A stretch of 64,000 nucleotides of DNA. Origin: Octopus vulgaris (taxonomy: Eukaryota). Positions 13,893-28,136 of this stretch are shown in pieces (position 1 is the stretch's first letter; the number at the start of each line of letters is the position of its first letter). A model generated the notes under the pieces. The model was not told the origin of the DNA, ran no database searches, and saw nothing but the letters and a program-made list of their open reading frames with translations. The stretch is taken from positions 26,660,001 to 26,724,000 of the forward strand of contig OX597829.1 in assembly GCA_951406725.2 (NCBI GenBank), in the 5' to 3' direction. The position numbers and the translations under genes were made by a program.

Positions 13893-13972
13893 GCATATAT
13901 ATATAACCAGTCCTTCCTGCAAAAGAATTAAATAAAATTCCTTTGCAGAGGGGTAAAAACAAGGAAAGAAAA

Positions 13973-14042
<70 letters not shown>

Positions 14043-14094
14043 CCGTGTTTTTTGTATCGTCTATCTGGATGTTTTGTTGTCCCATTTTGTATTT

Positions 14095-14138
<44 letters not shown>

Positions 14139-14140
<2 letters not shown>

Positions 14141-15680
14141 CGGGAAGCTTTATGAAAATAAACAAAAGACGAAGGCAGGTTTACGGAAATAAACAAAAGA
14201 CGAAGGCAGGTGGAATACAAACAAACAATTGTATTAGTATGGCGCTCAGGAATATAAATAAAACAAGTCTTTTACGTTTCGAGCCTACGCTCTTCAACAG
14301 AAAGATACACAGAGAAGAAACACAGAAGGGAGAGAAAAAATGCGTGCAGAGGCTAGCGAATCAACATGGCGATCTGATTTCGGCCAGAAGTCAAAGATCA
14401 AACGTGAGACGCAAGAGCGAAATTAGGGGAGATAATAGGGGTAAATGACCTCGCCCCAAAGTCGTATGGTGTAGTGTAGAGAGAGGAGATGAGGGGGAGA
14501 GGGGAGGAGGAGGGGTGATGTGTAAAGTCGTATGCTGTAGTGTAGAGAGAGGAGATGAGGGGAGAGGGGAAGCGGGGGGGGGGGGTATGGGGGAGATAGA
14601 GGAGAGAGGAAGGGGAGAGAGGGGAGGGGAGATGATATGAGGGGGGAGGGGAGGGGAGAAGGAAAGGGGAGAATGGGAAAAGGAAAGGGGAGAAGAGGAG
14701 GGGAAATGGGGAGAAGGAAGGAGAGGAGAAGAGGAGGGGAGAGAAGGGGGAGAAGGAAGGAGAGGAGAAGAGGAGGGGAGAGGGGGAGGGAGGATAGTGG
14801 GAGATGGAGAGGGAGAGAGAGAGAGAAGGGGAGAGGGGGAGGGAGGATAGAGGGAGAGGGAGAGGGAGAGAGAGAGAGAGAAGGGGAGTGAGGGAGCAGA
14901 GAGAAAGGGGAAGAAGGAAGAAGGGAAGAGGAGTAGGGGTGAAAGGATGAAGGACTGAAAGGAAGCAGGGGTCGGGGCGAGGTTAGATGAGGAGGGGGGG
15001 AGAGTTGAGACCAAATGGCGCAAAAGAGCGAAGAGAGAAGATCAATTCCTGTTCACGGCGCAAACGGGAATCCGGATGGCCTCTGTGCAAGGACAAACCG
15101 AACGCAGACAGGTGTTGCAAGGAGTGACCGGTGGAGCGGAAATGGCGTGAGACCGGTGTGTCGTTGGCAAGGCGGATGTCACGGAGGTGTTCCGCGAACC
15201 GGTCAGCCAAGCGGCGTCCCGTTTGTCCGATGTACAGGGAATGGCAGAGAGAGCAAGAGACGCCATAGATAACATTGCTGGAGGTGCAGGTGAAGGAGTC
15301 GATGATGCGATAGGGCCGATGATGGGTGCCAGTGAGGAGGGTGGTGTTGGAGAGGTAAGGGCAAGTGCGGCAACGTGGGCGGGAGCAGGGGAACGAGCCA
15401 GGTTGGGAGGTAGGGTCAGGGAAGGAGCTATGGACCAAAAGGTCTCGTATGTTATGGGCTCGTTTGAAAGAGGGAGGGGTCGGTTTGGGAAGAGGTGTGA
15501 AGTGGACGGGTCGGACTGGAGATGACGGAAAGCTCTCACCCCTACTCCTCTTCCCTTCTTCCCTCTCTCTTCTTCCCTCTTCCCCTTTCTCTCTGCTCCC
15601 TCACTCCCGTTCTCTCTCTCTCTCTCCCCCTCTCCCTCTATCCTCCCTCCTCCTCTCCCCTCCTCTTCTCCTCGTACGTA
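14139..15680 (-). mobile_element. Penelope-like element (Neptune type), 5'-truncated
   Basis: Contains a GIY-YIG ORF and a 3' region with hammerhead motif tctttCTGTTGAagagcgtaggctcGAAAcgTAaaaga at 14268-14305. Confidence 0.85.
14983..15438 (-). pseudogene. GIY-YIG endonuclease domain of a Penelope/Neptune element
   Basis: PCSRPRCRTCPY zinc motif, NVIYGVSCSLCHSLYIGQTGRRLADRFAEH, PVSRHF, REQELI..L....PFGLN. Confidence 0.9.
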
Positions 15681-16995
15681 CACTTTGTTCTCTTATATGT
15701 AAATACACATTTCACTAAATTTTGTACGACTTCTTCAACACTCTCTCTCTCTCTCTCTCCCCTCTCTCACACATTTCTTTGCCTTTCTTATTTTGTACTT
15801 CACTATGTCCCTGTCTCTCTTTTTTTCTCGCCACTCCTTGATTCTTCCGTCTATCTACTTCTATACACTATCACTCCCTCTCTCTCTCTCTCCCTCTCCT
15901 TAATTCTATTGTTCCTTTTTCCTCTCTATTCTCTTCTCACGTGACCGTTGACCGACTGCTAGTCCTTTTGCATTTGACCGTGGTCACTGCTACATCGATA
16001 TTCTTCCCTCTGCCATAAGGCTTCATCTCCATACACGCTAGCTGAATTCAATTCGTCCCCAGTCGAAAGACGTCTGTTGTTATGTCCTGTTATTATTACT
16101 ATTATTGTATTTTTATTGTATTTCTATATTTATATTCGTGTAACATCGTCCTTTTTTCCGTCCTTGTTTCGTATACATTCGATCCTTTTTTACAAGGAAT
16201 CTAATGCTCATCGCTTGGTTTTTCTTTGAGGCTGGCCAGATTGGAGCAATCTCAAGATTAATCAGCCGAAATTGCGAGGATGATCCGGTTCTTGACTGAA
16301 GATAAAAGGCTTCGAATGACTCGTCCGTGTTTTTTCGTATCGTCTATCTGGATGTTTTGCTGTCCCTTTTTGTATCGCCTAGTTGTCCGGATGTTTTGCG
16401 TTTTTGTCCCATTTTGTATTATATATATATATATATATATATATCACTCTTCCTCCTTGACTCTCTCGCCGCTGACACGTGACGAAAAGGAAACTATCTT
16501 TCTGCCCTATTTCCTTCCTAAAGACAATGCGTGCTTATACCTGTCTCCTTTCATAAGCTCGTCTTCCTAGCGTCCATAATATTTTTTCTATCGTCTTGGC
16601 TTAACAGCCCTCACTAGGTTTTCGTTTCTCATTGTTTTTCAACGTTTTTTGTTTTGATGTCCCGTACCCATATATGCATGTATATATACATATATATGTA
16701 GATATGTACATATATATACATGTATATGTGTATATATTTATATATTATTTATATATATATGTGTAAGTGTGTGTATGTATGTATGTATATATATATCGTT
16801 GGTGATTTTTTTCCTCTGTCTTCCCTTCTCTGGATCTTTCCTTCTCCTATGTTTCCGACGAAGAGCTCCGCTCGAAACGTTAAATCCTCCTTCTTTCCTT
16901 CTTTCCTGAGCGTCCAATAATACTATATTTGTTCCACGTCCTCGCGTTGTTGTGTTATTTTGTGCTTTCTTGTTTGGATTGACTATATATATATA

Positions 16996-17062
<67 letters not shown>

Positions 17063-17064
<2 letters not shown>

Positions 17065-17290
17065 CTTTATTGCCCACAAGGGGCTAAACATAGAGGGGAC
17101 AAACAAAGACAGACAAAGGGATTAAGTCGATTACATCGACCTCAGTGCGTAACTGGTACTTTATTTATCGACCCCGAGAGGATGAAAGGCAAAGTCGACC
17201 TCGGCGGAATTTGAACTCAGAACGTAACGGCAGACGAACTACAGCTACGCATTTCGCCCGGCGTGCTAACGATTCTGCCAGTTCGCCGCC
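17063..17290 (-). mobile_element. tRNA-derived SINE family B
   Basis: Minus head ggcggcgaactggcagaatcgttagc..gagttcaaattcc; homologues at about 17830-17981, 45975-46186 and 63712-63950. Confidence 0.85.
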
Positions 17291-17503
17291 TATATATATA
17301 TACTCGAGTAAGTTGTCAAAGGAAACAAAAACGCTCAATACATTTGGTAGGGATTACATATATATTATCTAAAAAAGAATACTGTTTGATTCGGTCCTAT
17401 GCAACTTAAACTTTCGAAGGCTCTTCACACTTATCTTCTGACCCAGAGCCTGACGAGCGAAATCCCAATGAAACTTGCATACGGCCGAATTGTTTGTTTT
17501 TTA

Positions 17504-17594
<91 letters not shown>

Positions 17595-17722
17595 TAAAAA
17601 AATGAACGAACTATTGAGTTTGGTTTAATGGCCTACCAATGTATACTATGAGTTTCTTTGCCCTAGGAGTCGGGAAGACACTCGGCAAGAAATAGAAGCA
17701 AATTTGAAAGAAGAAAAAAAAA

Positions 17723-17795
<73 letters not shown>

Positions 17796-17981
17796 TAATA
17801 GTGCTTTCTGTTACAGATACAATACCTGAATTACATCAACTGGTACTTATTTTACCGATCCCGAAAGGATGAAAGGCAAAGCTGACCTAGGCGGAATTTC
17901 AGCTCAGAATGTTGCGACGGACGAAATGCCGGTAAGCATTTTGTTCGGTGTGCTAGCGATTTTTACCAGCTCGCCGCCTTC

Positions 17982-18030
17982 ATAATAATAATAATGATGA
18001 TGATGATGATAATAATAATAATAATAATAG

Positions 18031-18077
<47 letters not shown>

Positions 18078-18089
18078 GCAATAATAATA

Positions 18090-18168
<79 letters not shown>

Positions 18169-18179
18169 TAATAATAACA

Positions 18180-18236
<57 letters not shown>

Positions 18237-18260
18237 GCAACAACAACATCAATAATAATA

Positions 18261-18300
<40 letters not shown>

Positions 18301-18326
18301 TAATAATAATAATTGCAATAATAATA

Positions 18327-18385
<59 letters not shown>

Positions 18386-18499
18386 CAATAATGATAATAA
18401 TAATAATAATAATAAAAATAACAATAATGATAATAATAATAATAGTAATAATAATAATAATGATAATAATAATAGTAATAATAGTAATAATAATAATAA

Positions 18500-18530
<31 letters not shown>

Positions 18531-18557
18531 AAGAAGAAGAAGAAGAATAGCAATAGC

Positions 18558-18595
<38 letters not shown>

Positions 18596-18605
18596 TAACA
18601 ATAAT

Positions 18606-18666
<61 letters not shown>

Positions 18667-18692
18667 TTAATAATAATAATAATAATAATAGC

Positions 18693-18735
<43 letters not shown>

Positions 18736-18737
18736 GC

Positions 18738-18819
<82 letters not shown>

Positions 18820-18831
18820 GCAATAATAATA

Positions 18832-18875
<44 letters not shown>
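17982..18875. repeat. Compound (AAT)n microsatellite with an (AAG)n block
   Basis: Directly visible; other (AAT)n tracts at about 17505-17590 and 17723-17800. Confidence 0.95.
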
Positions 18876-19102
18876 TTCTTTTATTAGCCACATGGACGTA
18901 GACGTGTTGGAATTTATGTAAAGGATGTGGAGAAAAGAAGTGGAAAAGACTGTGAAATGCGATAGAAGTACACATAGTAAACAATGAAATTTAGGGTTAG
19001 GGTTAAAGCGTTTGATAAAAAAAAGACACTATTTTCCTGAAACAGGAAGAACTCCAGCTAGGACCAATCAAGGAGCGCCACAAATCCAGTATTACCCAGA
19101 CC

Positions 19103-19569
19103 CAGGGCCGGATTAAAACCCATCGAGGCCCTAAGGACTTAAAAGTTTATGTAATTCAAAATATAACCAATAACAAACCACGAAAAAAATTTATATTTTA
19201 AAAAAGACACAAAACAATAAGAGGGAAAATAATGTTTATTTTTGTATACCTACATTTTATTTGTATTTGAAAAGTTCCCTCTTACTTTTTTAAATTGTAA
19301 AGTCTTTGATGAGATCCTCAAAATTAAAACTTAGGTAACACATCTGCATGTATACTTAGTAGATAAGTACCACACAGCCATGTCTGCGCGTATATTGAAA
19401 ATAAAAGATTAGAAAGTATTTATGACCTTGGAAATTTACATAATTTAAATATAAATGATCTAAGACAAATAACTCAAAGTGGTCAGTGACATGTATTTGA
19501 ATAACACAGACAAGTACAGATATGACAAATGCCGTATAACAAATTCTTGATTTATTAAAATCGTCCCTG
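19103..19569 (-). mobile_element. hAT transposon remnant
   Basis: Ends CAGGGCCGGATT and AATCGTCCCTG (imperfect TIRs); minus strand reads ..NFEDLIKDF.., like the end of a hAT dimerisation domain; no clear TSD. Confidence 0.45.
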
Positions 19570-19636
19570 CTTCGGGTGACAATTGAGCCAGAGACACGTG
19601 TCCATAACTGTCCTATTATCTACGGACTAAAGGGTA

Positions 19637-19972
19637 AAGACCCCCTTCGGTCATGAATGACAATGGAATTTGCACCTAGAAAGTTATATTCCGAGGCACA
19701 AGTCTGGGCAAGTCTGTTTATGGAAGACCAGCAGTCGCCCATGCATACCAGCCCCTCCTCGCCACGCCACCGTTGTTATCCAAGGGAAAGGCAAAAGCCG
19801 ACATAGCTTGGCACCAGTGACGTCGTATCTCGTTTCTACAGCTGAGTGAACAGGAGCAACATGAAATAAAGTGTCTTGCCCCAGAACACAACACACAGCC
19901 GGTCCGGGAATCGAACTCAATACCTCATGATTGTGACCCCAACACTCTAACCACTGAGTCATGAGCCTTCAC
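19637..19972 (-). mobile_element. tRNA-derived SINE family C
   Basis: Minus head ctcagtggttagagtg..gagttcgattccc then caagacactttatttcatgttgctcc..cactcagctgt; homologue at 29178-29500. Confidence 0.85.
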
Positions 19973-21099
19973 ATAAAGACTATAAGCTTGTCGTTTTCCT
20001 TAATAGCATATCAGCTTTGAAGAATTCTTGATTTTAGAGATTATCTCCCCTTCTCAAATGGAGCAGATTATAATTGTTATATCATGATATATCCTGTGAA
20101 GAAGATAATTTTAATACAAATTTTTTGTTGTACGGTATTTAACATACCAATATTTGTGTATGTTATCCAGATATATACCACGGATAACGTTGAGTTATTT
20201 CTCTTAGATCATTTATGTTTAAACTATGTGAATTTCCTAGTGTGTTCTAACCTGTTTTATATAAGTCTAAGCCTACTTGTTACTAGAGGCAAAAGGTCCG
20301 ACAATTGTCGTGCTGATGGCACAGCTAATGAGCCAGAAACACTTACCCAAAGACTAAGCCAGTCCTTTCCCTTCAATAACCAGCTGGTTAGGTCATCCAT
20401 TACTCTCTCTCTCCCCCCTCTCTCTCTCTCTCCAACACCTCCTGGATCGCAATCGGCAAGCATATGTGTGTATATGGGTGTGTGTGTGTGTGTGTGTGTG
20501 TGTGCTCCCGTCTTTATCTCTGTCCTAGTTTCTTCTTCCTTTCTTTCCTCCCGTCCTTTCTTTCCGTCCTCTTTTTGTTATTCCTTCCTTCTTTTTTCTT
20601 TAAATCTCATTCTCCTTTCTTTCTTTCATCCTTTCTGTTATATAGTGAAACTGTGCACCCCTTCCGGTAAAAAGTGGTAGTAACCAGCCATTACAAATAG
20701 ACCAGTAGCCGGTCGGCAGGTCGAAGGTCAAGAGTCGAGAGTACGTGTACTGTGTTGATAGTCGTGTCTGTACTGATATAGTAATTATACTGTGATGCTG
20801 AGAGGACGTTATATTGATCCAAACTTTTGAGGATAATAACACTGTACAACTGGGGGTTGTACAGTGCCAGATTGAACCATTCTATTGACAACTTTAGAAT
20901 ATAACAATATCTGTCAGAGCGACAACCTTCGTCAAAAGACAGAAACAACAGTGGCAAAAGACCGCTTTACAACAGTGGCGACGAGGAAAAAAAAATTTCC
21001 GCAGCGTGAAAAAAAAAACATTCACACGGAGAGTTTAAACTAATTCATGTGGAGAATTAAATACCTTGACAAAAAAGAAACAAAAATCTTGTACAAACT

Positions 21100-22330
21100 T
21101 ATGAAAATCGTCAAATATGGAAGACTTGTTAGTTGGGATAGTTGAGTTGCAAAAACAGTAACAACAACGAGAGCAACAAGGATTACTGAAGCAAATGTTA
21201 CAACTAATGAAGATGATAACCAGACCGGAGAATACATTTTCATCTGACCATGTAGTAAATTCCATTAGCGAATTCAAATATAACCCGAAGGAGTAACCTT
21301 CGAGGCTTACTTTTGAAGATTTCAACAAATTTTTGAAAAGGAAGGTCAGGATTGGACAGACGAAATGAAAACGCGTCTAGTTTTAAGAAAACTAGCAGCA
21401 GCAGAGCATGAGAAGTATAGTAACTTCGTATTGCCAAAAAACAAGCGTCCGATATAAAGTTCACCGACACAGCTGACATTTTGTGCCAAATGTTTAGGGA
21501 AAAGAGCTCACTGTTTAATACTAGATGGAAATATTTAAACATCGAAAAGAAGGAAGATGAAGACTTCACTACTTACAAAGGCAAAGTCCACAAAGAATGT
21601 GAAGGATTTAGGCTGGGTATGCTTATTCATTTTCCTTCAAGTGTTTGATTTTTGAACAAGGATTGACAGATAGAAGGGATGCAGAAATCCGAACGCAAAT
21701 TCTATCACAACTGGAAATGAACCTGGATTTGATATTGCAGAAACTGTCGGAAGAGTGTGACAGGATACTAAAATTAAGGTATAACACAGAAGAAATTCAA
21801 CGGAAAGAGTGTTTCCACATAAGACCAGTGCAATAAAGTCGGAAGGCAAATAAAGTGTTGCAGGAAAAACAGAAAAAATATCGGGATGTAGACCCATGAA
21901 TGGCATGTGGTGGGATGCACCTGCAAAAAAGATTGTCCGTATAAAAATGCAAAGTGTTTTCGCTGCGAGTTTACAGGACACATAAAATCGTACTGCAAAA
22001 CTAGAATGATAGGGAAATGGAACAAACAAGGAAAAACAAATAGTTTGTCAGCAGGAAAAGTTGAGACGACAACAAACAGAAAATTCGTGATAGTGAGAAC
22101 TAAAAACACTAGTGTCAGAATACAATTGGATACGGGAAGTGATATCACAATCATAAATGAGAAAACATGGGAACAAGTGAGTAAAACAAAATAATTTAGT
22201 TCAAACAAAATAGCCTATGGTGTTACGGGAAGAAAATTATATTTCACGGGCGAATGCGTTTGTAATATAATGTTCAAAGGTCGAACCAAAAACTTGGATG
22301 TTTATGCGTTGAAAAAAATCCATGAATTTA
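21100..22330 (+). pseudogene. Gag and aspartic protease remnants
   Basis: CFRCEFTGHIKSYC zinc knuckle and LDTGSDITII protease motif in ORF 21907-22194; many stops and frameshifts. Confidence 0.85.
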
Positions 22331-22574
22331 TGGAAGAAATTTAATTTATAGGATACACCCCATAAACGCTTTCTGCAATAGCAAATGATCGAACGAGGTC
22401 GATGAACTGAAGCAAAAAAAAAGTGACGTAGAACATCGTGCGTGAACTACTAGTAACTTTGAAAGAAATAAAAAGAAATTCGAGAAAAGACAAATTTATT
22501 AATGAGACAAAAAGAAAACTGTGGCCGACAAAAGGAAATAGAGAGAGAGAGCTGAGGCAAAGAACTGCCAAGAC

Positions 22575-23511
22575 GTGAGCGTGTACTCTATATGTGATGG
22601 TGTATTAATGGACGCTCAGAGGGTGGTCATATCACAAACATTACAGAAGAAAATGCTAAAAGAGTGTGGAACACCCTGTGTGGAACACCCTGTTTGGAAC
22701 ACCCTGTGTGGAACACCCTGTGTGGAACATCCTGTGTGGAACACCCTGTGTGGAACACCCAGGCATCTCTAGAATGAAAGCGCTGATACGAAGTTTCGTA
22801 TACTGATCAAGCATGGACAAGGAGGTTGAAAACCTGGTAAAAGGCTGCAGAGGATGTGCGATTGCAGCGAAACTGCCTACTAAAAATGTGAACCTTGGCT
22901 GGAAGTGAAAATACCATGGTCCCGATTGCATATCGATTTTGCAGGCCCCGTAAATGGATATTATTACCTAATAAATAGTGGACAGCTACACAAAATGGCT
23001 TGAGGTCGCGAGGTGTAAACGACCAACTTCATATACGGTAATAAACTTTTTGCACGAGCTGTTCGCAAGATTTGGTGTACCGGATATAATTGTCTCTGAT
23101 AACGGAATACAGTTTGTATCCTGTAGGTTTAAAAGACTCTACGAGATGTTCACGTTAGGACATAAGACTATAGCACCGCATTGCCCTAGATCGAATGGAA
23201 GGACTGAACAGTTCATGGGCATTTTTAAGAGAGCTTTAAAGAAATATAATAAGGAAATCACGGACGAGGTCGCGATCCAACGATTCTTAAGGGTGTACAG
23301 GGTAACTCCGAACCCAAATGCGCCAGAAGGAAGTTCTCCAACAGAATTAATGTTTGCCAGAAAAGTGAAGTCAGTATTCGATAAACTATTACTAGTGAAA
23401 AAAAAAAAGCGTGCTAGTAAAGGCATGCCAAAATTCTTTAGAATCGGTGAGAAGGTATATGTAAGAATGTACAAAAATGGCAAGCAATACTTGGAAGGAG
23501 AAACTGTAATA
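22575..23511 (+). pseudogene. Integrase remnant
   Basis: HPG..RMK..RS zinc-binding region, RLHIDFAGP, ELFARFGVPDIIVSDNG, SNGRTEQF. Confidence 0.9.
22664..22760. repeat. Seven copies of a 14-bp unit, GTGTGGAACACCCT, inside the integrase
   Basis: Units start at 22664, 22678, 22692, 22706, 22720, 22734 and 22748. Confidence 0.95.
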
Positions 23512-23816
23512 TCTTTATATATAAAAGTGAAGTTGTGTGAGTGTCTGTCTCCTACGATTTAGATTCCTAACTACTCCCATATTTTGCGGTGCAGTTTAAC
23601 CAAAATCGGGTATCTTATAGTCGTGATTCATATCGAGCCCTTCTGGGTATTAGCGCGCGTCTACGATGAGTCTATAATTAAAAAAAAAAATTACCATCAT
23701 TTTTTTCCCCATTTTTAATGCATTTTTTTGCTATTATATAAGGGAAGTAACTCTCTAAAAATGCTTATATAGTTATTTCCCTTACAAACCCGAGCAACGC
23801 CGGGCGATACTGCTAG
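23512..23816 (+). mobile_element. Non-autonomous Helitron
   Basis: 5' TC, 3' CTAG preceded by hairpin CCCGAGCAACGCCGGG, inserted between A and T with no TSD. Confidence 0.85.
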
Positions 23817-24058
23817 TATATTATAAGAATGGTGTATAGGGTGAAAAGCAGAAATGGAATGGAAAGGAGACGTAGAAACCAGCTTAAGGAAAGAGTAATA
23901 GAAAAGGAACCAACAAGAGTAGAAATACCGATGGATTGGCTCTATGACACTTTTCAAGTTCCAACACCATTACAAAAACTCGAAACCACACGTACAAGGA
24001 AAAGGAAGAACGTTGAATTGCTAAAAGTAGACCCTAAGAAGAAAAGATATTGGGAATA

Positions 24059-24571
24059 TCTATATATATAAAACTGTAGTTGTGTGAGTGTCTGTCTCCT
24101 ACGATTTAGATTCCTAACTCCTCCCACATTTTGCGGTGCAGTGTAACCAAAAGCGGGTATCTTATAGTCGTGATTCATATCGAGCCCGTCTGAGTATTAG
24201 CGCGCGTCTACGATGAGTCTACGATTTTAAAAATAATTTAACATCATTTTTTATTCCATTTTAATGCATAATTTTTCGTGTGTCGATGGCGGCGGAGTTG
24301 GCGTCCATGGTCACACCTGCACCTGTTTGCTTCTCCCCCTTCTTCCCTCCCTCGTGAAGCTGTGGGGAAGGGAGTGTAAGGAAATCAACGTCGTAAAGCG
24401 TTGTCAAGGAGACCAGCGTTCTTTTAGAACAACGACTTCATGGCTTGAAGACACCAAAACAGAAATGGCTAAGAAAGCCCGAATTGGCATCTATAAGGGA
24501 AGTAACTCTCTAAAAATGCTTATATAGTTATTTCCCCTACAAACCCGAGCAACGCCGGGCGATACTGCTAG
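24059..24571 (+). mobile_element. Non-autonomous Helitron, longer variant
   Basis: Same termini (TC..hairpin..CTAG), A^T insertion, extra internal segment shared with 43107-43599. Confidence 0.85.
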
Positions 24572-24981
24572 TATATAATAAATAAGTAAATAAATAAAAA
24601 GAGGAGGTAGGGTGAATAAAAGAAAGTGATTGTTAAATAAATAAAAAAATTAAAAGGGGAGGTGTTGTATAGTGAAACTGTGCACCCCTCCCGGTAAAAA
24701 GTGGTAGTAACCAGCCATTATAAATAGACCAGTAGTTGGTCGATAGGTAGAAAGTCAAGAGTCGAGAGTACGTGTAGACTGTGTTGATAGTCGTGTCTGT
24801 ACTGATATAGTAATTATACTGTGATGCTGAGAGGACGTTATATTGATCGAAACTTTTGAGGATAATAACACTGTACAACCGGGGGTTGTACAGTGCCAGA
24901 TTGAACCATTCCATCGACGACTTCGATATATAACAATATCTGTCAGAGCGACAACCTTCGTCAAAAGACCGCTTCACAACA

Positions 24982-25719
24982 CTTTCTTCCTTTCTTTCTT
25001 TCTTTCTTTCCTTCACGCCTTCCTTCATCGCTTCCTTTCTTTCTCTCTTACTTCCTTTCATCTGTCCTTCCTTCATGCTTTGCTTTCCGCCGTCATTCCT
25101 CTCATTCCTTCAATCGTCTTTTCTAATTTCCTGTCCTTCTTTCCTTCCTTCTTGCCTTTCATATCTTCCATACTTTCTCTCCCATATCCCGTGCTTCTTT
25201 ACTTCCTTCATTCCTTTCTTCCTCTTGCCTCACTTTCCGCCATCATTCCTTACTACCTTTCTTCTCTCATCACTTCCATCTTCCTTCCATTCATTCAAAT
25301 ATCTTTTCTAATTTCCCATCCTTTCTTCCTTCCTTCCTTCCTTCCTTCCTTCCTTCTTTCCTTCCTTCTTCTTTCTTTCCCTCCCTCCCCTCTCTTCCTT
25401 TCTCCCTTCCTTCCTTCTTGTTTCCTTCCCTCCCTCCCCTCCCTTCCCTTCTCCTTCCTTTCTCCTTTCCTTCCTTCCTTCCTTCCATCTATTTTTCGCC
25501 CTTCATATCTTTCTTCCTTCGTCCCATCTTTAGTTTTCCTGTTTCTGCCTCTTTTCTTTCTTTTAGTCTTTTCTTGAATCTTCCATTCCTTCGTTCCTTC
25601 CCTCTATCTTTTTTTCCTTCCTTCCTTCCTTCCTTTCTTCCTTCCTTTCTTTCTTCCTTTCTTCCTTCCTTTCTTCCTTCCTTTCCTCCATCTTCATTCC
25701 TTTCTTCCTCCCATTCTCC

Positions 25720-25753
<34 letters not shown>

Positions 25754-26040
25754 TACTTCCATCTTTCCTTCTTCCCTTCCTTCCTGACTTTCTTCCATTC
25801 TCCCTCTCACCCTTCCTCCCCGCGTCTTTTATTCCTTCCTTTTGCCTTCCTTCTGCCCACCTTCCTTCTTTTCTTTCCTTCTTCTCCTTCTTCCATGTCT
25901 TCCTTACTTCCTCTATCCTTCATTTCCTTCCTTCCCTTCTTCCTCCCTTCCTTTCTTCCTTTATCACCCCTCCCCTCACCACCACCACCACCACCACCAC
26001 CGTTTCTTTCATTCTTCATTCCCCCATTTCCTTCTTTCCT
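24982..26040. repeat. Polypyrimidine (CCTT/CTTT-rich) low-complexity tract
   Basis: Directly visible; the Gypsy element inserted into this tract, which begins near 20520. Confidence 0.9.
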
Positions 26041-26578
26041 ACTTTCATCCCCATGGGACAGCTTCATGTCCATCATCTTGCTGGCTGAAACGTTGTTTGT
26101 TACAGGGCGATGTGACAGATTGGCTGTAGTCATCGCTACTGTGTATCTTCATAAACACTGTGGGACAGCATCAAATACGGGAAGCCTAAGAAAATGTTTT
26201 AAAATGTTTTTAAAATCTAAAAAGGAAAAAAATTATCGCAACAACAGAAGGCGCCCAAAATGTTCGACTTCATTTCTCATGTTCAGTCTCCAGAAAAAGC
26301 GGTAAAAAGTGTCTGTGTGTACTTCCGTTAGCGAGAACAAGCTAAAGATGCAATACTCAATGCATAAGTGTGTGTGTGTGTGTGTATATATGTATGTGTG
26401 TGTATACATATGTGTGTGTGTGTGTGTGTATAAAAGTTCAATTAAAGGTTAAATGAGACTCATTAAGGATTATGTCTATTTTTTGCAATTAATGAATATT
26501 ATTATTAATTGATTAATATCTATTTTCTAATGTTCCTTTTATTATATATATATGTATGTGTGTGTCTGTCTGTGTGTG

Positions 26579-26647
<69 letters not shown>

Positions 26648-27632
26648 TTATAATAATATAAATAATATATAAATATATGCATATATACATACATATATGT
26701 ACACACCTACATCTATATGTATATATACATGCATATATGGGTCCAGGACATTAAAAAAAAACGTTGAACGAAAACATAAAAACAAAAACATGGAAACGAA
26801 CTTTTTTTCAAACAACGAAAAAACAGAGTACAAGACATACAACACAAGGAATATTCCCCTTCTTCAGTTGACCCTGTTTCGTCTACTCCGCGTTTTGAAG
26901 GTAAGGACAAGACGCGACTTCGTTGAAACAGTCCTTCCCGCAAAGCAAATTAAATAAAATTTGGGATTCTATCTCTCTCATAAACTGTTTCCATAAGCGT
27001 TTTTTTTTAGCGCAAATTTATACCATCACAGATTTATACCAATAACTTTTTAAACAACACCTGTCTCATCCGATTTTAAATAGCATTTCCATCATCCGAT
27101 TCACTACAATGAAATGCATCCTTTTCTCTGACGAGTGGATATACTTTCTAATAACGGTTATCAACTTTAGCTTTCATTTTGAGAGGTAGTATATCAATGA
27201 AACGATCGTAAGAAATTTTAAAATTAAAAAAAAAAATTTTTATGATCATAGCTGTACTTTATTTATTAATACAATATTGCTTATATTATGGCTTTAACTC
27301 TACTGTGATTTTTAAGATATAACCTTTCCTATTCTTACTCTCTAATATATATACCTATATATGTGTGTGTGTGCGTGCGTGTGTAGTTTATATCCAGTTA
27401 AATGAAGAAAAGAAAATGGAGAATAGGAAATTAATAATTATCTATTATTAACAAATTGATCATTCTTACTTCTAACAGCCGTTTCAATTAATACTCAATA
27501 ATTTAATTACAAATGTGTACATTAAATTTGCATTTATGTGACATGAGCATAATTTCATCAGAGAAAAAGGTATATCTTGAGATTTTATATGGGGACCTAT
27601 CATTTCATTTTAGTAGAATACATACATACATG

Positions 27633-27708
<76 letters not shown>

Positions 27709-27920
27709 CGAGAAAAAAAACGAAGAAAAAAGACAAGAAAAAACAACAACGCGCAGACATGGTACATGCAAAGTATTAATAAGATGCTCAGGGAAGGAAA
27801 AAAGGGTGTTTTACATTTCGGGCAAAACTCTTCTTCAGAAACAGGAGACAGAGGAAAAGAATCGCCAACAATCCACATGTGGTTTCATTTTGGAATGTAT
27901 ATGTGCATGTGTGTAAATAA

Positions 27921-27951
<31 letters not shown>

Positions 27952-28136
27952 TGTATGTATGTATGTATGTATGTATATATGTATGTATGTATGTATGCAT
28001 GTACGTATGTATGAATGTGTATATATATATATAAACTCACGGTTCGATAATGATACGAGTGAGGAGTCTAATGCAGGTCTTGTATGAGCATGTATATGTT
28101 AAATAAAATGAGACAACATTTATAAAGAGAAAGTTA

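Larger units (their letters stand above)
20636..24981 (+). mobile_element. Gypsy (Mag-like) LTR retrotransposon, degenerate, RT/RNase H deleted
   Basis: LTRs 20636-20974 and 24663-24981 (TG..CA), 5-bp TSD CTTTC on both sides, PBS TGGCGACGAGG near 20976, PPT AAAAGGGGAGG before the 3' LTR. Confidence 0.92.

Noticed and set aside
17963-18984. Poly-I/L/N/Y ORFs up to 297 aa
   Set aside because: Artefacts of the (AAT)n tract.
19900-19972. tRNA-like sequences at SINE heads
   Set aside because: They are SINE promoter regions without a complete cloverleaf, not tRNA genes.
26042-26186. Possible minus-strand exon (MTTANLSH...)
   Set aside because: Stops in all frames after the acceptor, a weak donor and no recognisable homology.
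24843-26305. F/L/P/S-rich ORFs of 244-295 aa
   Set aside because: Polypyrimidine low-complexity sequence.
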